Shown here: in pieces, positions 47,963 through 56,592 of the stretch
How the letters are laid out: every line of letters starts with the position of its first letter
How positions within the stretch are numbered: the first letter of the stretch is position 1
Assembly (NCBI GenBank): GCA_035556415.1
Contig: DATMEZ010000202.1
Coordinates: 6,899 to 70,898 of the forward strand
DNA from: Povalibacter sp.
GTDB taxonomy: Bacteria; Pseudomonadota; Gammaproteobacteria; Steroidobacterales; Steroidobacteraceae
DNA: 64,000 bases
Direction: 5' to 3'
Notes under the pieces: generated by a model
What the model was told of the DNA's origin: nothing
The model's input: only the letters and a program-made list of their open reading frames with translations
Databases searched by the model: none
Position numbers and translations under genes: made by a program

Positions 47963-49264
47963 TTACAGGTTGCGGATCAGCGCATCGCCGAATTCGCTGC
48001 ACTTCACTTCCTTCGCGCCTTCCATGAGACGGGCGAAGTCGTACGTGACGGTCTTCTGGGCGATGGTCTTGTCCATGGCGCTGATGATGGCGTCGGCCGC
48101 CTCGGTCCAGCCCATGTAACGCAGCATCATCTCGCCGGAGAGGATGACCGAACCCGGGTTCACCTTGTCCAGGTTGGCGTACTTCGGCGCCGTGCCGTGC
48201 GTGGCTTCGAACACCGCATGGCCGGTGACGTAGTTGACGTTGCCGCCCGGCGCGATGCCGATGCCGCCGACCTGCGCGGCCAGCGCGTCCGACAGGTAGT
48301 CGCCGTTCAGGTTCATGGTGGCGATCACGTCGAACTCTTCGGGACGCGTCAGCACCTGCTGCAGCGTGATGTCGGCGATCGCGTCCTTGATGATGACCTT
48401 GCCGGCCTTCTTCGCTGCATCCTGCTCCTCGTTGGCAGCCTTCTCGCCCTGGGCGGCCTTGGTGCGCTCCCACTGGTCCCAGGTGTAGGTCTGGGCGGCG
48501 AATTCCTTCTCGGCCAGCGCGTAGGCCCAGTTACGGAAGGCGCCTTCCGTGAACTTCATGATGTTGCCCTTGTGCACGATCGTGACGCTCTTGCGCTGGT
48601 TGGCGATGGCGTACTCGATCGCGGCGCGGAACAGCCGCTCGGTGCCTTCCTGCGACACGGCCTTGATGCCGATGCCCGAGCTGTTCGGGAAGCGGATCTT
48701 GGCGAACTGCTTGGGGAAGGTCGCCTTGAACTGCTCCAGGAACTTCTTGTTGTCGTCCGTGCCGGCTTCGAACTCGATGCCGGCGTAGATGTCTTCGGTG
48801 TTCTCGCGGAAGATCACCATGTCGACCTTGCCCGGGTTGCGCACCGGCGAAGGCACGCCCTTGAACCAGCGCACCGGGCGCAGGCACACGTACAGGTCCA
48901 GCATCTGGCGCAGCGCCACGTTCAGCGAGCGGATGCCGCCGCCGATCGGCGTGGTCAGCGGGCCCTTGATCGATACCAGGTAGTCGCGGCAGGCCTGCAC
49001 GGTCTCGTCCGGCAGCCAGGTGTTGAACAGGTCGTTCGACTTCTGGCCGGCGTACACCTCCATCCAGTGGATCTTGCGCTTGCCGCCGTAGGCCTTCTCG
49101 ACCGCGGCGTCGAGCACGCGAACCGAAGCGCGCCAGATGTCCGGACCAGTGCCGTCGCCTTCGATGAACGGAACGATGGGCTGATCGGGAACGTTCAGCT
49201 TGCCGTTGCTGATGGTGATTTTCTGACCCTGGGCGGGCACGTTGAGCTTGAGCGCTGTCGACAT
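47963..49264 (-). CDS. icd: NADP-dependent isocitrate dehydrogenase (dimeric, E. coli type)
   Basis: [45 protein letters not shown]. Confidence 0.97.
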   Translation of the reverse strand: MSTALKLNVPAQGQKITISNGKLNVPDQPIVPFIEGDGTGPDIWRASVRVLDAAVEKAYGGKRKIHWMEVYAGQKSNDLFNTWLPDETVQACRDYLVSIKGPLTTPIGGGIRSLNVALRQMLDLYVCLRPVRWFKGVPSPVRNPGKVDMVIFRENTEDIYAGIEFEAGTDDNKKFLEQFKATFPKQFAKIRFPNSSGIGIKAVSQEGTERLFRAAIEYAIANQRKSVTIVHKGNIMKFTEGAFRNWAYALAEKEFAAQTYTWDQWERTKAAQGEKAANEEQDAAKKAGKVIIKDAIADITLQQVLTRPEEFDVIATMNLNGDYLSDALAAQVGGIGIAPGGNVNYVTGHAVFEATHGTAPKYANLDKVNPGSVILSGEMMLRYMGWTEAADAIISAMDKTIAQKTVTYDFARLMEGAKEVKCSEFGDALIRNL

Positions 49265-49450
49265 CGACGGAACTCCGGTATTGAGCGTAGGGGAATTTCG
49301 AAGCGCGGAATGCTACCACAGCGAGGGTGGCCCGAGCCGGATGGCAAAGATCCGCCGAATGCGCGGGCAGACGCTGGCAGCGCTCGAAGCGACATTTCCA
49401 TGCAACGCGCCTCGGCGTCTTCGTAGTCCAATCCCTGAGAGAGCCGGCCT

Positions 49451-50752
49451 CTAAAATCCCACCCGGGCCAGCACGCCTTCGGGCGTATTTTCCAGGCGGA
49501 TGGCCCAGTGATAGCGCTCGCAGATCCGGCGCACCAGGTACAGGCCCATGCCGTGGCCGCCCGGATGGGTGGTGAAACCGCGGGCCGGCGCCTGCGCCAG
49601 GTCCGCATCCGGCAGTGCGCCGGCGTTGCTGACGCTCAGCTCGCGCTCGTGCAACCGGCAGACGACTTCGTCGGCGGTGCCGTGCTGCAAGGCATTACGC
49701 ACGATGTTGCCGATGAGCATGGCGACCATGCTTTCCGGCGCGGCTACCCGCAGCGCTTCCTTGTCTTCCAGCTGCAGCGTGATGCGCTTGCCGGGCACGA
49801 CGCTGCGCAGATCCTCGGCCACCCGGATCAGCAACTGCTGCACCTCGCATCCCGCTTTGGCCTGAGTCGTGGCGCGCTCTTCGCGCGAAAGCATCAGCAG
49901 CGCGTCAGTGAATTCGGTCATTTCACGCACCGCACGTTGGATGCGGGCCAGCGCATTGGCGGTGGCGGGTCGATCTGCCAGCTGCGCCTGCAGCAACTCC
50001 ACCGCGCCGCGGATGACGGCGAGCGGCGTACGCAACTCGTGACTGGCGGTCGAGGTGAACGATTGCTCGCGCTCCACGAAACCGTCGAGCCGTTCCATAT
50101 AGGTGTCGATCGAGCGCGCGATCGGTTCCAACTCGTTGCCGGCGAATCGTGCGCCCATGCGCACGTGCCGCTCGCCGGGGTCGATCTGGGTCAGGCGCTC
50201 GGCCAGCGCATTGACCGGCTCGACCAACCGGCTGGAGATGCCAAAGGCGGCCCAGCCGGCGACCAAGACGATGGCGACCACGCCGAGCGCCAGGATCAGT
50301 ACCGCGATCAGCTCCTGGCGCGCGTGGGTGGTGACGTCGTAGGTGATGTACAAGCGGCCGAAATCGCCGTCGCGAACCAGCACGTCGAGCAGCCGGCCGT
50401 TGGAGCGCACGCGGTGCATGATGCCGGGCTTCAGCGTTGCGATGTGACGTGGCAACTCGGCGAAATCACTGGAGCGATAGATGCTGAGTCGCGCGGACCG
50501 CAGCGGTTCGGCACCTCGGTCGACGCGCATCCGCTGTTCATAGTGCGTGAGCTCTTCGGATAGCAGGTCGTAGGTGATGTTGCGTTTCAGTCGCTCATCA
50601 GCCAGCACCGCCCATGCTGCCAGCACGATGCCTGCGATCGCGACGAGCGCGAGCATCGTGCCCGCGATGCGTGAGCGCAGGCTCAGTCGCGCGAACCATT
50701 GGTTCAGCTCACGGACGCGCGGGATCCGGTGAAAGTCGATAGCCAGTGCCAT
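49451..50752 (-). CDS. Sensor histidine kinase (ColS-like)
   Basis: Two TMs, HAMP, ASHELRTPL, N box NIVRNA, GHGMGL. Confidence 0.9.
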   Translation of the reverse strand: MALAIDFHRIPRVRELNQWFARLSLRSRIAGTMLALVAIAGIVLAAWAVLADERLKRNITYDLLSEELTHYEQRMRVDRGAEPLRSARLSIYRSSDFAELPRHIATLKPGIMHRVRSNGRLLDVLVRDGDFGRLYITYDVTTHARQELIAVLILALGVVAIVLVAGWAAFGISSRLVEPVNALAERLTQIDPGERHVRMGARFAGNELEPIARSIDTYMERLDGFVEREQSFTSTASHELRTPLAVIRGAVELLQAQLADRPATANALARIQRAVREMTEFTDALLMLSREERATTQAKAGCEVQQLLIRVAEDLRSVVPGKRITLQLEDKEALRVAAPESMVAMLIGNIVRNALQHGTADEVVCRLHERELSVSNAGALPDADLAQAPARGFTTHPGGHGMGLYLVRRICERYHWAIRLENTPEGVLARVGF

Positions 50753-51395
50753 GAATGGTGTGCAGCAGTTTGACGGGGAAGTTCTTGTCGATGGCGGTGC
50801 GCAAGGCATGCATGTGGGCGCGCAGGAAATCTCCTTCGGGAGCGTTGTCGCCCCACAGTTCGTGTTCCAGCTCCGCACGCGTGACCACGCGATTGGAGTT
50901 CTGCATCAGCATGGCGAGGATGCGCCGCGTGGTCGGGTTCAGCTTGATCCGATCGCCGCCGCGCTCGGCTTCCAGGGTATCGAGATCGAACTTGAGGTCG
51001 CCGACGGTGAGCACGCGCGGTGCATCCGGCGGACTGGCCCGGCGCACCAGCGCCTTGAGGCGTGCGTCCAGCTCGGCCAGGGAGAACGGCTTGACCAGGT
51101 AGTCGTCGGCGCCGGCCTCGAAGCCCTCGATCTTGTCCGCCAGCAGGTCTTTTGCCGTAAGCATCAGCACCGGCACCCGCGTGCGCCCTGCCTGCCGCAG
51201 GCTCCGGCACAGCGACAGCCCGTCCATGCCGGGCAGCATCAGGTCGAGCACGAGGGCGTCGTACTGGTTGTCGAGCGCCAGCCGCAGGCCGGTCGTGCCG
51301 TCGGCCGCATGGGTCACCGAGTCGCCGCGGGCGGCGAAATACTCGGCGATGTTGGCGGCAATGTCCTTGTGGTCTTCGATCAGCAGCAATTGCAT
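50709..51395 (-). CDS. OmpR-family response regulator (ColR-like)
   Basis: LLIED, LDLMLPGMDG, MLTA, GADDYLVKPF, HTIHGTGY. Confidence 0.93.
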   Translation of the reverse strand: MQLLLIEDHKDIAANIAEYFAARGDSVTHAADGTTGLRLALDNQYDALVLDLMLPGMDGLSLCRSLRQAGRTRVPVLMLTAKDLLADKIEGFEAGADDYLVKPFSLAELDARLKALVRRASPPDAPRVLTVGDLKFDLDTLEAERGGDRIKLNPTTRRILAMLMQNSNRVVTRAELEHELWGDNAPEGDFLRAHMHALRTAIDKNFPVKLLHTIHGTGYRLSPDPARP

Positions 51396-51488
51396 GGGAC
51401 GGGCCGGTTTGTCATGGGCGCGTCATATTGTAGGGCCGTACGCAGTGCGTAGGAGGAAATCGGCCTTATCTGCGCACAGGGCCCTTTG

Positions 51489-51517
51489 CAGTCACATAAC
51501 GGTCATACATCCGTAAA
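51489..51517 (+). promoter_or_regulatory. Pho-box-like 11-bp direct repeats upstream of PAP2
   Basis: CAGTCAC-ATAA-CGGTCAT-ACAT-CCGTAAA versus consensus CTGTCAT-N4. Confidence 0.6.
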
Positions 51518-51575
51518 CTCACCGCAGCACGGCAGATGGAAAGTGCGTCTCGTGCAGCCAAGCGAGGTGAACGTC

Positions 51576-52124
51576 ATGGCCTCCGCCAGAACCGCCGAAC
51601 TGTTCCGTCGCGTCGATGCGATCGAGTATGGCTGGTGTCTGCGCATGAACCGCAGCTGCAGCTGGCCTGCGGTACGGAGCCTGTTTGCGATTGTGAGCCG
51701 GCTCGGCGACGGCGTGTTCTGGTACACGCTGGTCGTGCTGCTGCCGCTGGTCTACGGACAAGCCGCGCTGCTGCCCGCGTTGCGCATGGCCATCGTCGGA
51801 TTCGTGGACCTGGCGCTCTACAAATATCTGAAGTCGCGGCTGGTGCGTGAGCGCCCGTATATCTCGCTGGTGGGCATCGTTCCCGGCACCAAGGCGCTGG
51901 ATCGCTACAGCTTTCCTTCCGGACACACGCTGCACGCGGTGAGCTTCACCACCTTGATCGTCGACAGCTTCCCCGAACTGAGCTGGCTGTGCGTGCCGTT
52001 CGCCCTCCTGGTCGCCATGTCACGCGTCGTGCTCGGCCTGCACTATCCGAGCGACGTGGTCGCCGGTGCGCTGATCGGCGCTTCTCTGGCCGTCGGCAGC
52101 CTGCTGGCGATGCCGATCGGCTGA
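51576..52124 (+). CDS. PAP2 family phosphatase
   Basis: K-x6-RP (KSRLVRERP), SFPSGH, SR-x5-HYPSD. Confidence 0.92.
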   Translation: MASARTAELFRRVDAIEYGWCLRMNRSCSWPAVRSLFAIVSRLGDGVFWYTLVVLLPLVYGQAALLPALRMAIVGFVDLALYKYLKSRLVRERPYISLVGIVPGTKALDRYSFPSGHTLHAVSFTTLIVDSFPELSWLCVPFALLVAMSRVVLGLHYPSDVVAGALIGASLAVGSLLAMPIG

Positions 52125-52208
52125 AGCCCTTCCGCAATTCCGGCACGACTGGGTGCCGCCTTCGACGTTGCGGCAGGCGTCAAGGCAGGTGACCTCTGGT
52201 GTAAATGT

Positions 52209-52242
52209 TCTCAAATATGAGACGATCGTTCTCATCATGAGA
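52209..52242. promoter_or_regulatory. Putative autorepression operator of the MNT/HEPN operon
   Basis: Two palindromes TCTCA-N4-TGAGA (52209-52222) and TCTCA-N3-TGAGA (52230-52242); the second covers the ATG. Confidence 0.6.
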
Positions 52243-52866
52243 GCGAATCATTCCGGTTCTCCGTCGCAACTGGTGGAAGTCCTGTTCGGGGCTTACCGCC
52301 GCAGGATCATGGCGCTGCTGTTGTTGCGTCAGGACGAGACTTTCCACGTGCGCGAGATTGCCCGTCTGACCGCAGTGCCGGCCGGGTCATTGCATCGCGA
52401 ACTCGGCTTGCTGGCGCAGGCGGGTCTGCTGACGCGCACCGCGGTTGGCAATCAGGTGCACTATCGGGCGGATCGCAGTTGCCCGATTTATGACGAACTT
52501 GCCGGAATTTTCCGCAAGACGGCCGGCTTGGCCGATGTATTAAGAGAACTGCTGACGCCGTTGCAGGACAGGATTGTCCTCGCTTTCGTCTTCGGATCGA
52601 TGGCGCAAGGCAAGGGGCGCGCCGGTAGCGACGTGGATCTGCTGGTGGTGGGATCGGCCTCCTTTGCGGCAGTGGTCGAGGCCTGTCACGCCGGTGCCTT
52701 GCGGCTGGGTCGCGAAGTGAATCCTGTCGTCATGACCAAGGCGGCGTTCCAACTCAAGCGCCGGCAGGGCGATCGTTTCGTGGCCAGGGTGGCGAAGGAA
52801 CCGAAGATCTTCGTCATGGGAGACACCGGTGAGTTTGGAAAACTTGCTGAGGATCGGCCAGCTTAA
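52237..52866 (+). CDS. HTH plus minimal nucleotidyltransferase (MNT) antitoxin
   Basis: N-terminal winged HTH (HVREIARLT..GSLHREL); VFGS-x10-DVD (GSMAQGKGRAGSDVD). Confidence 0.88.
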   Translation: MRANHSGSPSQLVEVLFGAYRRRIMALLLLRQDETFHVREIARLTAVPAGSLHRELGLLAQAGLLTRTAVGNQVHYRADRSCPIYDELAGIFRKTAGLADVLRELLTPLQDRIVLAFVFGSMAQGKGRAGSDVDLLVVGSASFAAVVEACHAGALRLGREVNPVVMTKAAFQLKRRQGDRFVARVAKEPKIFVMGDTGEFGKLAEDRPA

Positions 52867-53282
52867 GGCACACCCGCCGCATGCGCAGGAGATCGAGCGG
52901 CTGTTGGCCGCGGCGCAACGCAATTTACGCGACGCACAGGTCAGGGGCATCAGCGCGGAAACGCGTTTCGATGCTGCGTACAAAGCAATCATGCAAAGCG
53001 CTCTGGCCGCCTTGATGATGCACGGCTATCGTCCGGATACGAACCGGCCCGGGCATCCACATGACCGTACTGCAAAGCACGCCGCTTACCATCGGCTTGC
53101 AGACAAGTCGCATGGTGGTACTGGATACGCTGCGCCGTCAGCGCAATATCGCGGACTACACCGGTGACGATATCGATGACTCTACCGCCGAGCATTGCAT
53201 CGTCGAGGCCGAGCGACTGGTCGAGGATGTTGCGACCTGGCGCAAGATCCATCGCCCGAGTCTGATTCCTGGGAAGAATTGA
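52829..53282 (+). pseudogene. HEPN-domain toxin split by a +1 frameshift (extra C at about 53057)
   Basis: First frame: MSLENL..RFDAAY..GYRP..PGH. Second frame: HMTV..LDTLRRQRNIADYTGD. Removing one C from GGG CAT C CAC ATG gives a single ORF of about 150 aa. Confidence 0.8.
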
Positions 53283-53419
53283 GCCGCCCGGTCTTCTTGA
53301 CGAACCGCCATCGACGCGCCTCGATCCGTTATTGCCGTTCTCGATGAAGGTCATCGGCAAGAGTCGTTGGCGTCCTGCATGCAGCTGGTAAAATCCTGCG
53401 CGCTGGTTCCTTCAGCGCA

Positions 53420-53480
53420 CGGTGTGGACGACCTCACCGCGACATCCTCAAACGGGGACGACCCCGCCCAAGCAAGGGGA
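53420..53480 (+). ncRNA. Guanidine-II (mini-ykkC) riboswitch
   Basis: Two hairpins with ACGA loops, CGGTGTGG-ACGA-CCTCACCG and CGGGG-ACGA-CCCCG, just 5' of the SD of an SMR gene. Confidence 0.9.
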
Positions 53481-53485
53481 TCCTC

Positions 53486-53818
53486 ATGTCCGCATCCATG
53501 TCCTGGGTTGTTCTGGTGGTGGCCGGCCTGTTCGAGGTCGGCTGGGCGATCGGGCTGAAGTACACCGAAGGCTTCACCCGCCTGTGGCCGAGCATCGGCA
53601 CCGCGGCAGCCATGATCGTCAGTCTCGGTTTGCTCGGCATTGCGATGAAGTCGTTGCCGGTGGGCACGGCCTACGCCGTCTGGGTAGGTGTGGGCGCCGT
53701 CGGTACGGTGATTCTCGGCATCGCCCTGCTGGGCGAGCCGGCGAACGCCGCGCGGCTGGTCAGCGTCGGCTTCATCATCGCCGGCATCATCGGCCTGAAG
53801 CTGGCTTCCGCCCAGTAA
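53486..53818 (+). CDS. gdx: Guanidinium exporter Gdx (SugE), SMR family
   Basis: [40 protein letters not shown]. Confidence 0.93.
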   Translation: MSASMSWVVLVVAGLFEVGWAIGLKYTEGFTRLWPSIGTAAAMIVSLGLLGIAMKSLPVGTAYAVWVGVGAVGTVILGIALLGEPANAARLVSVGFIIAGIIGLKLASAQ

Positions 53819-54034
53819 GGTTGGGCGTTTGGGCTCGCACTGTTCGTGCCCGCGCCTGCATATGTCAGGCCGCACACATGGCGAACAACGCAACACACGA
53901 GCTGTTCGCGTGTGCCAACAAGTGAATACCTCCAAAGGCACTCGCGCGCTCAACGCGAGTGCTGCTCAACGCAATGACTCCAGGAACGGAGACTTGAAGA
54001 GGCGGTGCGCAGTGGCGGATCCCAAGCTCTGACG

Positions 54035-55000
54035 TCAGCGGATGCGGTCGATGGCGCGCACCAGGTGGCAGAGCGATTCCATCAGCGGCGCCTGCACTTT
54101 CAGGCGAGCGGCCTCGGAAACGGCGAAGCCGATGGTCTCTTCGATCTCCAGCGGACGGCCTGCATTCAGATCCTGCAGGGACGACATGCGATGCTGCGGG
54201 GCGTTGCGCTTGAAGTCCTCGCCGGCCTGCATCACGGCCTCGACCGCCTCTTTCTCACTGACGCGGCACATGGTGGCAACCGGCAGCATCGACTGATCGG
54301 TGAGCCGGATGCCGCTGGCATCGGCGAGTGCGCCGGTTTCGCGGACCAGTCGTGCCAGCAGCAGGGCAGCATCCGGGTCGGTCATGTACTCCCCGGTCGA
54401 TGCTCGGGTCGACACCGCGAGCATCATGAAGCCGGTCCATGACGCGAACTTGGACCATTCCAGGCTCAGGATGTCGGGCACGGCGGTCGAGCGTACGCCC
54501 GAGGCGTCGATGGCCGCCGCGACGCGTTGTGCCCGCTCGCTGTCGCCCCCCGCCAGCTCGCCCACCAGTAAATTCACGTTGCGGGTGAACAGCACCTCGC
54601 CCGACGGCAGCAGCTCGCCGCTGGTATTGGCCAGCGAGCCGAGCACCCGGTCCTGGCCGAAGGCGTCGACCAGCATCCGGTTCTTGAACACCCCGTTCTG
54701 GATCGAGAAGGCCAGGCCGACCTTGGCATGGCGCAGGTTCGCCAGGGCGGCGGCGGTGCCCGGCGTCTTGGTGGCAACGATGAGCACGTCGGTGCTCTGC
54801 AGCTCGGCAGGGTCGGTCAGGGTCCGGACCGGCACCGTGAACTCGGCCAACCCCTTGATCGTGAGGCCGTCGTTTTGCAGCTGCTGCGCCCGCCGGCCGC
54901 GGGCCAGCATGGTCACGGAATGTCCGGCGCGCGCCAGGTGGGCGCCGAGGATGGAGCCGATGGCTCCGGGGCCGAGAATCGTGAATTCGCTGTGGGACAT
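54035..55000 (-). CDS. Ketopantoate reductase (PanE/ApbA) family protein
   Basis: GPGAIG, TK, QNG, WSK, SSLQDL..GRPLEIE. Confidence 0.88.
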   Translation of the reverse strand: MSHSEFTILGPGAIGSILGAHLARAGHSVTMLARGRRAQQLQNDGLTIKGLAEFTVPVRTLTDPAELQSTDVLIVATKTPGTAAALANLRHAKVGLAFSIQNGVFKNRMLVDAFGQDRVLGSLANTSGELLPSGEVLFTRNVNLLVGELAGGDSERAQRVAAAIDASGVRSTAVPDILSLEWSKFASWTGFMMLAVSTRASTGEYMTDPDAALLLARLVRETGALADASGIRLTDQSMLPVATMCRVSEKEAVEAVMQAGEDFKRNAPQHRMSSLQDLNAGRPLEIEETIGFAVSEAARLKVQAPLMESLCHLVRAIDRIR

Positions 55001-55159
55001 GACGGACGGATCTCCTGCCGGAATGGCCTATCTTGGCATGCACGGCCGGCAGGTTCTTTGCAGAAAACATGCGATTCTTCGACGGCAGGTCCGCTGCGAA
55101 GCGAGCGCGCTGCTGAGCAGGTCACATCGGCCTGTCCGAAAACAGCTTAGGGTGCATGC

Positions 55160-56386
55160 ATGCTCACGGTGTCCCGATTCAGCCTCGACGCCTTCCCGGA
55201 CTCGCCCTATGCAGCCGAGCTGCGGCGCGGCCGGGTCGGGCTGCGCTTCAGCTGCCGGCTGGAAACGGAGTACCTGCGGGCGCACCTGCTGCAGAACCGC
55301 AGCTTGATCCGGGTGGCCTGTATCTTCGGCATGCTGCTGGCCATCGCCCGCGCCGCGGAACAGCTGGCAACGGGTTCGCCCACCCTCATGCCTGTGATGC
55401 TCGGGTCGGTGATCGCCAGTTCGGCGCTGCTGTGCGTGATCGCCTGGAGTCCCTGGTTCGAGCGGCACTACCTGTCGTGGGCAACGATCATTGTGCCGCT
55501 GCGCAGCGTGCTGGTGGCCGGCTGCGTCGCCCGGCTGGCGGCGCAGGGGCAGGTCGAAATGCTGATGGTGCTGACCATCGTGCTGATCGGGCCGTTCTTT
55601 TTCTTCGGATTGCCGTTTCGCTGGGCGCTGTTCTGCGGCATGGCGTCGACCGCGTCTTTCACGGCGTGTGCCTTCTATTTCGGGCTGGAGCTGCCGATTG
55701 CATTGCGCGCCTGCGTGTGGACGTACATGGCGCTGGCTGCGTGTGCGGTTGCAGCCGTGGTGATGGAGAAGCGTTCGCGCATCGCCTTCCTGGAAACGAA
55801 CCTGATCACGCAGATTGCGGAACAGGATTCCCTGACCGGCACCAAGAACCGGCGCGTGTTCGATGAGCACCTGGCGTGGTTGTGGTTGCGTGCGGCCTCG
55901 GAGGGCCGCTGCATGTCCATCCTGCTGATCGACGTGGATGACTTCAAGGCATACAACGATTGCTACGGGCATCAGGCCGGTGACCAGGCGCTGCGCCGCG
56001 TGGCGCAGACGGTGCAGGGCTTCGTCCGCCGGCCGCTCGATATCCTGGCGCGTTACGGTGGCGAGGAGTTCGTGGCGGTTCTCTACGATGTCGGCGGGCC
56101 CCGGGCCAAGGAGATCGCTGAGCAGGTGCGCCGTGCCGTGGAAGACATGCACATCGAGCATCGCACTTCCCGCGCGCGTCCCATTGTGACGATCAGCATC
56201 GGCGTCGCGGCCCTCGAGCCGACCCGCGAGCGCGATTCACGCGGTGCGTTGCAGCTGGCCGACCAGGCGCTGTATGAAGCCAAGACTCGGGGCCGCAACT
56301 GCGTCGCGCTCATGAACGAGGCGGAATACCAGATGCTGGTGACCGGTGTCTTCTCACGGGATGCCCCACGCGCCGCAAATAGCTGA
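55160..56386 (+). CDS. Membrane-bound diguanylate cyclase
   Basis: About 5-6 TMs, DSLTG..NRR, DVDDFK.YND.YGH, RPLD I-site, RYGGEEF. Confidence 0.92.
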   Translation: MLTVSRFSLDAFPDSPYAAELRRGRVGLRFSCRLETEYLRAHLLQNRSLIRVACIFGMLLAIARAAEQLATGSPTLMPVMLGSVIASSALLCVIAWSPWFERHYLSWATIIVPLRSVLVAGCVARLAAQGQVEMLMVLTIVLIGPFFFFGLPFRWALFCGMASTASFTACAFYFGLELPIALRACVWTYMALAACAVAAVVMEKRSRIAFLETNLITQIAEQDSLTGTKNRRVFDEHLAWLWLRAASEGRCMSILLIDVDDFKAYNDCYGHQAGDQALRRVAQTVQGFVRRPLDILARYGGEEFVAVLYDVGGPRAKEIAEQVRRAVEDMHIEHRTSRARPIVTISIGVAALEPTRERDSRGALQLADQALYEAKTRGRNCVALMNEAEYQMLVTGVFSRDAPRAANS

Positions 56387-56520
56387 GCCCGACCCCGGCC
56401 GCGGACAATTCTGGAGCTGAGGACTCGTTCTATGCCTTGGTGTGCTGGCAGTGCGCCATGGCGCTGCTGACGCCTTGCTCCGTTCTTCCGTCGTCTGGGT
56501 AGACTGCTTCGGGAGGGGCT

Positions 56521-56548
56521 TTTGGCATAACAACATTGCTTATATGCC
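56521..56548. promoter_or_regulatory. Putative operator upstream of the di-heme gene
   Basis: GGCATA-N13-TATGCC palindrome; a related copy lies at 58861-58888. Confidence 0.5.
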
Positions 56549-56592
56549 TAATCGATCTTTAGCCTGCTGGCACGAACAGCAGGAGGTCGGTC

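Noticed and set aside
52140-53400. Possible mobile element or defence island around the MNT/HEPN pair
   Set aside because: No integrase, transposase, tRNA or flanking direct repeats were found.
56521-56540. TGGCAT...TTGC as a sigma54 promoter for the di-heme gene
   Set aside because: GG-to-GC spacing is 12 nt rather than 10; better explained as a palindromic operator.
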